This document shows positions 51,503 to 59,943 of a DNA stretch of 64,000 nt, piece by piece. The notes under the pieces were generated by a model. It was given only the letters and a program-made list of their open reading frames with translations, had not been told where the DNA came from and did not search any database. Positions within the stretch are counted from its first letter, which is position 1; every line of letters begins with the position of its first letter. Origin of the DNA: a virus; the IMG/VR virus record IMGVR_UViG_3300010371_000036, positions 8,289-72,288 of that record. The stretch is one strand, 5' to 3'. The translations under genes were made by a program, and so were the position numbers.

Positions 51503-52516
51503 TCACTGGAAGCGCATGTCCGGGACCGAGTAGCTCGGCACGGCCGCGAAGTACTTGTTCCCCGAGACCGAGTTCGCCCCGTTCTCGTCAATCAGCTGGA
51601 GCATGTAGACGTAGGCGCTCGTGTCGACGACGTTGTTCTGATTGCACGTGTACGTCATCGTCTGGAGCTGCCCGGACGCGTTCCACACCGTGACGTTCGC
51701 CGGCGTCGGGCTCTGGAACGCCGCGCTCGAGAGGGTCTGGACCCCCGAGACGTAGTCGGTCCCCGCCGCGATCGGGAGCCGCTGGATCCGGACCTTCGGG
51801 AGGACCGCCGGGAGCGCGACGTGCGTCGCCGTGAGGAAGACGATGTCGAGCGAGTTGAGCGTCGCCCCGTTGTGGAGAAACGGGAGCATGAAGTTCTGCT
51901 GCGTCGTCGTCGCCGACGCCGAGAGGTAGTAGGTCCCGATCTGCCAGTCCGGACTCGAGTCCACGGTGCCGAGGATCGGGAGCGGGTAGGCGACCGCCCG
52001 CGTCCGCGGCGCGTCGAAGCCGACCCAGTCGGTCGTCCCGCCCGTCAGCCGGAAGCCGCCCGGCGCCCCGCTCGTGATCCCCCCGGCGACGCCGGCCGTG
52101 ATCCCCCCGACGATCGAGGAGCGGATCCCCGCGGCGACCGTCGGCGCGATCCCCCCGGCGATGTCCGACCCGATCCCACCGGCGACGCCCGGGGAGATCC
52201 CGAGCGCGAGCGCCGCCTTGATCCCCCCGCCGACCCCGGAGAGGATCCCCCCGGTGACCGTCGGGCGGATCCCGTTCGAGATGTTCGACTCGATCCCCGC
52301 CGCCGCGTTGACCTCGACGGCGCCGCTCGTGTTGACGCGGATGACGTTCGTCGCGTTGAGGAGCAGGTGCCCGCCCGAGAAGCTCGCCTCCCCCTCGAAC
52401 GCGTCGCCGGCGGCGCTCTTGTCGAACGCGTTCGCGTGGTCGGCGTCGAGCTGATTGAACTGCGCGCTCGAGACCTTCGCCCCGAAGGAGAAGGGACCGA
52501 TGAGAGAGAAGCTCAT
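51503..52516 (-). CDS. tail fibre-associated protein with 8-residue (G/A)GI repeats
   Basis: VSSAQFNQLD N-terminus; GGILSGVG/GGIKAALA/GGIGSDIA/GGIAPTVA/GGITAGVA. Confidence 0.65.
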   Translation of the reverse strand: MSFSLIGPFSFGAKVSSAQFNQLDADHANAFDKSAAGDAFEGEASFSGGHLLLNATNVIRVNTSGAVEVNAAAGIESNISNGIRPTVTGGILSGVGGGIKAALALGISPGVAGGIGSDIAGGIAPTVAAGIRSSIVGGITAGVAGGITSGAPGGFRLTGGTTDWVGFDAPRTRAVAYPLPILGTVDSSPDWQIGTYYLSASATTTQQNFMLPFLHNGATLNSLDIVFLTATHVALPAVLPKVRIQRLPIAAGTDYVSGVQTLSSAAFQSPTPANVTVWNASGQLQTMTYTCNQNNVVDTSAYVYMLQLIDENGANSVSGNKYFAAVPSYSVPDMRFQ

Positions 52517-52523
52517 GGCGTGG

Positions 52524-53504
52524 TCACCCGTCGAAGATCTCGAGGTCCAGGTTCGGTTCGTCGAGGTACCAGCCCGGCCCCCCGTGCGAGCTCGCGACGT
52601 ACCAGTCGAAGGTGGCGTCGGCCGGCAGCAGCCAGTCGAGGATCGAGTTCATCTCCGCGACGGCGCGGAAGAACGCGCCGGTAAGGACCCCGCTCGCGTC
52701 CGCGTAGCCGGGGACCGCGAACGGGTCGACCTGGACGAGCACGTGTGCGAGCGTCGAGGTCCACGGCCGGACGGCGTTTACGAGGCTCCACTGAACCGTC
52801 GGGAAGAACGCCGTCCCGCCGACGCCGTAGTCGGGCGCCGAGGGAGCGCCGTTGTTCACGTAGACGACGCTCGTCGCGCTGACCCGCGACTGGATGGGGA
52901 ACGTCCCGTCGTTCGCCGGGTCGTTCGCGTTCGCGACGACGATCGTCTTCCCCGCCGCGTCGCTCGGGACGGCGGCGAGCCCGGTAATGGTGACGAGGTT
53001 CCCCGCGACGCTCGCGATCGTCGCGGCGGCGCCGGCGAGCCCGGGCCACCAGGTGTTCGCCTCCGTCGGGGTGATCAGCGTCAGCCCGACGAAGAGGGCG
53101 CCGAGGACGTCCGAGAGCGCGTCGGTGACGCCCTGGGGCGTGTTCCGCGCCGCGAACTTCGCCGCCGCCCGCGCGACCCGCTGCTGCCGGTCCACCTGCG
53201 TGTCCCCCGGGACGGGCGAGACGCCGAAGATCCGCTCCCAGCGCGGGAGGTTCCCCCCGACCGTCGAGAGGGCGGGGACCATCTCGTTGACGAACCGCTC
53301 GTTCGCGCCGTAGACGTCGGCGTCGATCGCGCGGGCGTACGCCATGTTCTCGGCGCCGACGAGCGAGTTGTCGGTCGGGTCGAACGCCGGGCCGCGGCGG
53401 GCCGCGATCGACTCGAAGATCCGCTGGAGCCGCGGCGCCGCGCTCCCGGCGTCCCCGCCCCCGGTCCGCTCCGGCGACGGGGAGTAGCCTCCGGTGAAGG
53501 GCAT
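52524..53504 (-). CDS. baseplate wedge protein (Mu gp48/DUF2313-like)
   Basis: LPRWERIFGVSP..DT..DRQQRV; downstream of baseplate J-like gene. Confidence 0.7.
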   Translation of the reverse strand: MPFTGGYSPSPERTGGGDAGSAAPRLQRIFESIAARRGPAFDPTDNSLVGAENMAYARAIDADVYGANERFVNEMVPALSTVGGNLPRWERIFGVSPVPGDTQVDRQQRVARAAAKFAARNTPQGVTDALSDVLGALFVGLTLITPTEANTWWPGLAGAAATIASVAGNLVTITGLAAVPSDAAGKTIVVANANDPANDGTFPIQSRVSATSVVYVNNGAPSAPDYGVGGTAFFPTVQWSLVNAVRPWTSTLAHVLVQVDPFAVPGYADASGVLTGAFFRAVAEMNSILDWLLPADATFDWYVASSHGGPGWYLDEPNLDLEIFDG

Positions 53505-53508
53505 CGGC

Positions 53509-54030
53509 CTAGAAGCTCCAGACCCCGATGACGGTCCCGTCGTTCGGGTCGACGTGCGACGAGGTCCCGACCGTGAAGGTCTCGACCGTCAGGACGTTCG
53601 GCGCCGTCACCTTGACGCGTACGTCGTAGTTCGTCGACGCGCCGAGCTCGAGGTTCGCGCTCGGCATGCGGAAGTTCACGGCGAAGCCCGCCGGCGTCGA
53701 GCCCTGAGCGCCCGGGGGGATCTCGTCGTAGACCGTCGCCGGCGCCGTGACGGTATAGGTCCCGACGCCGGTCCGGGCGCACGAGGGGACGGCGTTGTTC
53801 TTGTTGTTCCAGGTCGCGTCGTACGCGTTCGCGACCGGGACCGTGACGGGGCTCGTCCCGTGCGGCTGAAAGCGCGCCCAGAAGCGCGCCGCCGTGTGGG
53901 TCATGGCGGCGACGTCGGCGTACGCCGGGTTCGTCCCGTCGGCGGAGCGGTCGGTCGTCGTGTCGCGCGGCGCGGAGTAGTCCGCGAGCGCGCCGCCGTA
54001 CGTGGCGAGGGTGGCGACTTTCGGGAGCAT
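53509..54030 (-). CDS. hypothetical baseplate/tail protein
   Basis: Position; RTGVGTYTVT beta pattern. Confidence 0.55.
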   Translation of the reverse strand: MLPKVATLATYGGALADYSAPRDTTTDRSADGTNPAYADVAAMTHTAARFWARFQPHGTSPVTVPVANAYDATWNNKNNAVPSCARTGVGTYTVTAPATVYDEIPPGAQGSTPAGFAVNFRMPSANLELGASTNYDVRVKVTAPNVLTVETFTVGTSSHVDPNDGTVIGVWSF

Positions 54031-54048
54031 CGGAGGGGGGCCCGACCT

Positions 54049-55668
54049 TTATCGCGCGTACCAGGAGATCGACCTCGGGACGAGGTGATTCGGGGCCGCG
54101 GACGTGAGGGTGAAAGGATCCGACGCCGTGATCGTCGGCGTCGGGGGGACCGTCGGCGAGACCTGCTGCCTGTAGAGGTACGCGGCGGAGAGGACCTCCT
54201 GCCCCGCGTTCTCGACGACCCGGAGGAGGTTCGCGTCGAGGTCCGAAAACCAGATCTGCGACGTCGACGGGTGGCGGAAGGAACGGAAGAGGATGATCGG
54301 GCTCGGCGTCCACTCCCCCGGGCCGAGGTTCGCGAACCCCGCGAGGACGGCGGCGAGGTAGTTCTCCTGCTTCACCGCCTGGGGGAAGATCGCCGGCCGG
54401 GGGAGGAGCGAGATGATGTCCGGCGCAAGCGTCGGCCACGGCGTGTCGATCGTAAGGACGTACGCCCCGCTCGTCCCGGAGACGCCGATGACGGTCGCCG
54501 TATAGAGCTGCCAGTTGCTCGGCGAGATGTACGCGATGTGGCTGACCCCGACCTGCGGCGGCGTCGTCGCGTTGACCGTGAACTGGACCGAGCTCGCGAC
54601 GGCCGTCACGATGCACGGCGCCGTCCCCCCGACGCTCGAGGGCCAGGGCGAGCCGTCGAGCCAACCGCCGCCGGGGCCCGCCGGCTGCGCGGTCGGCGCC
54701 GCGGGGAGGGAGAGGAGGAACGCGACGTCGGTCGGCTGGTCGACCGAGGAGGCGCCGACGACGACGGCGCGCGCCGGGTACTGCCCCTGGACGTACGGGA
54801 CCACCGTCCCGTTGATGAGCGCCGCCGGCAGGCTCCGGTTCTTGCTCGTCGAGGAGAGGACCCCCGCGGTCTGGGGGGCCGCCCAGACGACGAAGAAGAC
54901 GCTCCCCGGCCCGAGGAGCGCCGGGTATACCCCCGCGTCCTGGACGTCCGGGGAGCTGTCCTGCGCCATCCGGACGACGTCGGACCAGTTCCCCGCGACC
55001 GGCGGGTTCTGGAGCCGCGAGTAGAGCCGCTGCCGCGGCGGCTCGTCCTCGAACGCCTCGCTGTCGTTCCCTCCCGAGAGCCCGTCCTCGCCCCCCGTCG
55101 TCCCGACGGTGACGTTCGGCCCGACGTACGGGATGAGCGACACCCACGTGAGCACGTCGCCGTTCGCGTGGTCGGTCGCGACCCCGCCGTCGACCGACTG
55201 GACCGGGACGTAGAGGTTCGCCGGCTGCCCCGCCCCCGGGTTCCCCGGCCCGTAGGAGCCGCCGACGGTGACCTCGTACTTCAGGCCCGCCGAGTCGATG
55301 AGCTGCGCGTCGACCGGGATGAGCGTGTACCCCTGCGTGAGGAGGTACGCCGGGAGGATGACGCCGGCGCTCGTCGTCGCGCCCCGGCGCTTCAGGAGGA
55401 AGAGGGCGAGCCACCGGTCGAGGCTCGCGCCGCCGGCGGTGTCCGGCATCATGTCGTCGGTCGCGACGATCCCGTTCGCGAGGCCGACGCAGATCTCGTT
55501 CGCGAGCGCGTCGGCGATCCCGTAGTAGTCGCTCCCCGGCCCGACGTTCGGGTTCGCGATCCCGAGCGACCGGAGGTGATTCGAGACCGTCCGGAGGATG
55601 TCCGAGCGGATCTCCGGCTGCGACTTCGTCTGCTGCGTGAAGAGGGGGACGTTTCCGGCCTGGGTCAC
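54049..55668 (-). CDS. baseplate J-like protein (Mu gp47-like)
   Basis: PGSD, PDTAGG.SLDRW, LSGG.D.E, RLQNPP.AGN.SD, A.VYP..LGPGSV. Confidence 0.85.
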   Translation of the reverse strand: MTQAGNVPLFTQQTKSQPEIRSDILRTVSNHLRSLGIANPNVGPGSDYYGIADALANEICVGLANGIVATDDMMPDTAGGASLDRWLALFLLKRRGATTSAGVILPAYLLTQGYTLIPVDAQLIDSAGLKYEVTVGGSYGPGNPGAGQPANLYVPVQSVDGGVATDHANGDVLTWVSLIPYVGPNVTVGTTGGEDGLSGGNDSEAFEDEPPRQRLYSRLQNPPVAGNWSDVVRMAQDSSPDVQDAGVYPALLGPGSVFFVVWAAPQTAGVLSSTSKNRSLPAALINGTVVPYVQGQYPARAVVVGASSVDQPTDVAFLLSLPAAPTAQPAGPGGGWLDGSPWPSSVGGTAPCIVTAVASSVQFTVNATTPPQVGVSHIAYISPSNWQLYTATVIGVSGTSGAYVLTIDTPWPTLAPDIISLLPRPAIFPQAVKQENYLAAVLAGFANLGPGEWTPSPIILFRSFRHPSTSQIWFSDLDANLLRVVENAGQEVLSAAYLYRQQVSPTVPPTPTITASDPFTLTSAAPNHLVPRSISWYAR

Positions 55669-55672
55669 GGTC

Positions 55673-56113
55673 TCACGCTCCGATCGTCGTCTGGACCGGC
55701 GCCCCGGTCGTCAGGTCGACCCAGTCGACCTGGGCGAACCCCGCGTCGCGCGTCGGCTCGAGCACCGTCACCTGCCGGACCCGGACGAGCTTCTGGGCGA
55801 CGAGCGGCGCGAGCGCCGTCGTCACGAGCGAGGAGAGGACGCCCTTGAAGTTCGGCCCCTTCTCCGTCAGCCGCGAGAGGTCGATCCCCTCGATGGCGAG
55901 GAGGACGAGCTGCGCGACGGACGGCATCCCCCGGAGGCGCCCGTCGCCGAGCATGACGTAGTCCTTCGTCGTCTGGTCGATGAAGCGCCCCGGGAGCGCC
56001 GCGCCGGTCGCGGCGGAGGGGAGCGGCGCCGCCGGCCCGTTCGGGCTCGTCTCCGGGACGCCGAAGCCGGCCGGGTAGGAGCCGGCGGCGAAGTTTCCAG
56101 CACCGATGGGCAT
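55673..56113 (-). CDS. baseplate protein (Mu gp46/W-like)
   Basis: Size and position; VTTALAPLV. Confidence 0.55.
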   Translation of the reverse strand: MPIGAGNFAAGSYPAGFGVPETSPNGPAAPLPSAATGAALPGRFIDQTTKDYVMLGDGRLRGMPSVAQLVLLAIEGIDLSRLTEKGPNFKGVLSSLVTTALAPLVAQKLVRVRQVTVLEPTRDAGFAQVDWVDLTTGAPVQTTIGA

Positions 56114-56122
56114 CGCGGGGGG

Positions 56123-56386
56123 TTACTCCGTGGGGCAGGGGATCGCGACGGCGTCGAAGACGAGCGAGACGGCGTCCTGGATCTCCGCGAGGAGCGCCAT
56201 CACCGGCTCGAGGACGCCCGGCGGGAGCGGCGGGAAGGGGACGGGGAAGGTCCCCCAGGGCGGGACCTGGAAGTTGCAGCAAAAGCCGACGTCGGTCGAC
56301 GGCGGCGTGAAGGTCGGGAGCCCGACCCCGCCGGGGAGCGCGGGCGGCGTCGGGAAGAAGTCGGTCGGTAGCGGCTCGCAGGGCAT
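56123..56386 (-). CDS. small Pro/Cys-rich hypothetical protein
   Basis: Between spike and wedge genes. Confidence 0.5.
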   Translation of the reverse strand: MPCEPLPTDFFPTPPALPGGVGLPTFTPPSTDVGFCCNFQVPPWGTFPVPFPPLPPGVLEPVMALLAEIQDAVSLVFDAVAIPCPTE

Positions 56387-56399
56387 CTCTCGTCGTCTC

Positions 56400-57359
56400 C
56401 TAGGACCCCCCGACCGCCCTCGTCCCGGCGGCGACGCGGAGGGTCGCCATCGTCGTCGCCGTCGCCGTCGCGAACGCGTCGCTCGCGGCGACCATCCCGG
56501 CGATCCCGAGCGCGAGCGCCGGCGTCGCCACGTTCGTCGGGTCGGCGATCCCCGCGATCGCCGCCGCGTAGGCCGACAGCGCGGCGAGGAAGCCGTCGAG
56601 CGCCGTCGTGAACGCCGAGACCTCGCCGGCGTACGCGCCCATGAGCGCCTGAAGCGAGAGCGCCTTGACGAGCGGCTCCGCCGCGGCCGGGGAGCCGAAT
56701 ACGACGCTCGCCGCCTTGACGGTGAAGAAGTCCGTCTCGTACGCCATCGTCCGCACCGAGGCGGAGACGGGCGCCGGGAGGACGAGCCCCCCGATGTCGA
56801 TCTTATTCCCGTGGTACGTCCGGAGGTGGTAGCCGCTCGGGTCGTGCCACGCGCCGCCCCAGGGCGCGGAATAGCGCCACTCGCCGCCGAGGTGCTTCTG
56901 TCCGTCGATCCCCTGGTAGTAGGAGGAGACGCCCGCGGTGATCGAGTTGCCGGTCCGCGTGTTGTCGTCCGTCGTGAACTGCCTCGCGCTCCCGTCCTTC
57001 TTCAGGAGCTCGCGCGCCATCCCCGTCGTCGCGTAGAGGCACGTCTCGCCGGGCGCGAGGTTGCCGTAGATCTCCGTCGCCCGGAGGTCGCGGTAGCCGA
57101 TACAGACGTCGTAGCTCCCGGTCTTCAGCGTGACGGCCTGGCAGCTCGCCTTCCCGGCGTCCGCGAGCGCCGGCCGGGAGAGCACGCCGCACGCGCCCTG
57201 CCAGACCTCCGCCGAGTTGTTATCGGCGACGCCGCGGGCCACGTCCCCGAGCTGCGCCGTGATCGTCCCGGTCGCCGGGTCGAGCGTCGTCGCGAGGATG
57301 TCGACGCCGACGTCGAAGACGCAGGCGACGATCTCCCCGCGCGTAAGGACGGTCGTCAT
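56400..57359 (-). CDS. baseplate spike/assembly protein (Mu gp45-like)
   Basis: GVLSRP...RDLR...LAPGETCLYA; ATG 57359. Confidence 0.7.
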   Translation of the reverse strand: MTTVLTRGEIVACVFDVGVDILATTLDPATGTITAQLGDVARGVADNNSAEVWQGACGVLSRPALADAGKASCQAVTLKTGSYDVCIGYRDLRATEIYGNLAPGETCLYATTGMARELLKKDGSARQFTTDDNTRTGNSITAGVSSYYQGIDGQKHLGGEWRYSAPWGGAWHDPSGYHLRTYHGNKIDIGGLVLPAPVSASVRTMAYETDFFTVKAASVVFGSPAAAEPLVKALSLQALMGAYAGEVSAFTTALDGFLAALSAYAAAIAGIADPTNVATPALALGIAGMVAASDAFATATATTMATLRVAAGTRAVGGS

Positions 57360-57370
57360 CGTCGGGGCCT

Positions 57371-58753
57371 TTAGAACTGGAGTGACCCGGGGAGGATCAT
57401 CTCGATGGTCGAGCGCGAGCCGCTCTTCGCGTCCTTCCGGAACTCGCGGCCGAGGACCCAGAGCGGGCCGTTCCAGTTCGCGATCGGCTGCTGGTCGTAG
57501 ACCGCGACGATCGAGTCGACCGCGATCGGCTGGTCGTTCAGGAGGTGGCCCATGATCTCGTAGCGCGCCGAGAGGACCTTCCTCATCCGGAGCGAGAGCT
57601 CGCGCCGGAGGTACGCCTCGAGCTGCTCCTGCGTGTGACTCTCCGGGTCGTAGAGGAACGCCGGCCGCGGCGCGTCCTCGACGAGCGGCGGGAACGCGGA
57701 GGTGATCGGGTCGATGTCGACGAGCGGTACGTCCGGGTACGCGTTGAAGATGGCCGAGTTGTCGGCGTTCACCGCGAGGTTCACGATCCCGGCGCGGAGG
57801 CGGCTCTTCGCGAAGTTCCCGCCGGCGCCGAACCCGCTCGCGTAGATGACGCTCGGCTGGTCCCTCCGGCTCCTCTCGAACGTCCCGCGGACCGCGTTGT
57901 TCTGCGTGCTCCTCGAGTCGAGGGCGTGAAAGATCCCGTAGCGCGGGCCCTGCTCGAAGTTCGGCGCCGCCACCGAGATGGTCTCCCCGTCGACGAAGGG
58001 GCGGATCCAGAGCCCGAAGCGCTGGGCGATCCGCGACGTGAAGGCGAAGAGCCCCTCGTTCGGGTACGGCTTCTCCTGCCCGAGCGTGAAGTGCCGGGTC
58101 ACCTTCCCCTTCCGCGTCGTCGCCTTCCTCTGGGAGAACGCCGCCTCCTCCGCCTGCCGGAGCGCCGTCTGCGCCGCCGCCACCCGCTGCCGGTTCGTCG
58201 GCGAGTCCGGGAGCGCGGAGGCGAACTTTAGGTTCTGCTGCGCCCTCTGGACCGCCGCCGACGTCGACTGCTCCCCCGCCGTCTTCCCGGTGATGACGTT
58301 CCGGTTCGCCACCGTGTCCGCCGCCACCGTGATGTTCGGGTTGATCGTCGAGTACGCGGCGACGACGAGGTCGAGGAGCGTCATCGACGGGAGGAACTGG
58401 ACCCGCGGGTCGACCTGCCCGTCGACGGCGACCGAGAGCCAGTCGCGGCAGGAGCAGTGAACGATGTTCCCCTCGCTCGCCGAGAAGCTCGCCGACGGGG
58501 TGTCGAGGATCTGCCGCGCCTGAACGTTCCCGCGGACGCACGGCTCGACGACGGCGCCGGGGACGAGGACCGAGAGGTCGCGCGCCGAGAACTCCCGCTG
58601 GTCGAGCGTGAAGGCGAGCGCGTCGCTCGCCTCGAGGTAGTTCTCCCGGTAGCTGTAGTCGAGGAACCGGTCGAACTCGACGGCCGTCGACCCGCTCGTG
58701 ACCCGGATGGTCATCTCCCCGAGGACCGGGTTCGTGACGTCGTTCAGACCCAT
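57371..58753 (-). CDS. baseplate hub protein (Mu gp44/gpP-like)
   Basis: Y....D.LAFTL, C.CRD...VD, RFGLWI.P..DG; position. Confidence 0.7.
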   Translation of the reverse strand: MGLNDVTNPVLGEMTIRVTSGSTAVEFDRFLDYSYRENYLEASDALAFTLDQREFSARDLSVLVPGAVVEPCVRGNVQARQILDTPSASFSASEGNIVHCSCRDWLSVAVDGQVDPRVQFLPSMTLLDLVVAAYSTINPNITVAADTVANRNVITGKTAGEQSTSAAVQRAQQNLKFASALPDSPTNRQRVAAAQTALRQAEEAAFSQRKATTRKGKVTRHFTLGQEKPYPNEGLFAFTSRIAQRFGLWIRPFVDGETISVAAPNFEQGPRYGIFHALDSRSTQNNAVRGTFERSRRDQPSVIYASGFGAGGNFAKSRLRAGIVNLAVNADNSAIFNAYPDVPLVDIDPITSAFPPLVEDAPRPAFLYDPESHTQEQLEAYLRRELSLRMRKVLSARYEIMGHLLNDQPIAVDSIVAVYDQQPIANWNGPLWVLGREFRKDAKSGSRSTIEMILPGSLQF

Positions 58754-58864
58754 GGGGCGGCGGACCTCGTTTGCCGGGCCGGGGAGGCCCCTCCGGCGCG
58801 TCTTCGGGCCCGGGGAGTACTCCGGGGGCTCCCGGGGCGCCCCGGGGCCGCCGGCGGGCGGCCC

Positions 58865-58886
58865 GGACGGAACCCGGGTTCCGTCC
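58865..58886. repeat. 22-bp palindrome copy 13 (abuts TAG stop)
   Basis: Perfect copy. Confidence 0.95.
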
Positions 58887-59932
58887 TAGGCGGTCGGGGC
58901 GTAGTAGCGGACCGTCGTCCCGGCGGGGAGGACGGCGAGCGCGACGAGCGGGTAGTTCAGGGTGATGAAGTCGGTGATGTTCGCGCCGACGTAGAGGCAC
59001 GCCTGGGCGAGCGTCATGTCCTTCTGGATGGTCTTCGTCAGGACCGGCGACGAGCCGGTGATCGCCGCCCGCTGCCCGGCGCTGTAGGCGGCGTCCTTCA
59101 TCCGGGCGGCGCCCTGGAAGATCGGCCAGGAGAGGGGCCCCATCACCGGGGAGCGCGAGAGCGAGTCCTGGACCCGGTCCGCCTGGTAGATGACGTTCGC
59201 CACCCGCCCCTGCGCCTGCTTCTGGAGGATCGTCGTCGAGTCGATGACCGAGACGACCGCGGAGGCGAGCGCGTCGAACGTGAACTCGAGCGGCGGGAGC
59301 GGGTTCTGCTGCGCCGCGACCGCCGCCTGGAACGTCGCGATCGCCTCGTCGAGGTCGTCCGCCGTCGCGACGAGGTTCCCGATCGGGCTCGCGTTCGAGA
59401 GGTCGTCGCCGAGCTGGTCGGCCTGCGTGTCGTCGCTCTCGACCCAGACCGCGGTGACCCAGACCCCGCCGCGGACCGTCCCGCTCCACTTCGTCTTCTC
59501 GCGGTCGAGCTTGCAGTTGAGCGGCCCGAGCTCCGGGTGCTGGAGCTCCCCGCTCGTCCCCTCGAGGCACGCGCGGAGGAAGAGCCGGAACTGGTACGGG
59601 TAGAGCGCGCCCTGGGGCCAGGTCTCGTTCGCGCTCGAGTAGATGTGATTGAGGAACGGGATCGTCGCGGTGATCCGGTACGGGTGCCGGCCCGTCCCCT
59701 CGACGTACGCGCCGTTGCGGTCCGCGAAGCGGTGCGGGACGAGGTCCTGCTGGAGCTCGTCCTCGAACTCGGTCACCGGGAAGGGGATCCCCTTCCACTT
59801 GAACTCCTTCAGCTGCGCGAAGAGGTCGTTTACCGACCCGCTCGGGGGAGCGCCGGCGTTCCCCGCGCCGCCGACGTCCCCGCTCGGGGCCGCGTCGGGC
59901 GTCGAGAAGCTCGACATCGTCGGGGCGGGCAT
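58886..59932 (-). CDS. Mu gpN-like DNA circularization/tail protein
   Basis: FKWKGIPFPV...HRFADRNGAYVEGTGR...GELQHPELG; LysM-like C-terminus. Confidence 0.8.
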   Translation of the reverse strand: MPAPTMSSFSTPDAAPSGDVGGAGNAGAPPSGSVNDLFAQLKEFKWKGIPFPVTEFEDELQQDLVPHRFADRNGAYVEGTGRHPYRITATIPFLNHIYSSANETWPQGALYPYQFRLFLRACLEGTSGELQHPELGPLNCKLDREKTKWSGTVRGGVWVTAVWVESDDTQADQLGDDLSNASPIGNLVATADDLDEAIATFQAAVAAQQNPLPPLEFTFDALASAVVSVIDSTTILQKQAQGRVANVIYQADRVQDSLSRSPVMGPLSWPIFQGAARMKDAAYSAGQRAAITGSSPVLTKTIQKDMTLAQACLYVGANITDFITLNYPLVALAVLPAGTTVRYYAPTA

Positions 59933-59943
59933 GGGGGGACCTC

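Noticed and set aside
46773-52516. Diversity-generating retroelement or invertible tail-fibre cassette
   Set aside because: No reverse transcriptase, invertase or near-identical nucleotide repeat pair was found by eye.
3085-58886. 22-bp palindrome as a CRISPR repeat
   Set aside because: Copies are hundreds to thousands of bases apart, with no regular spacers and no cas genes.
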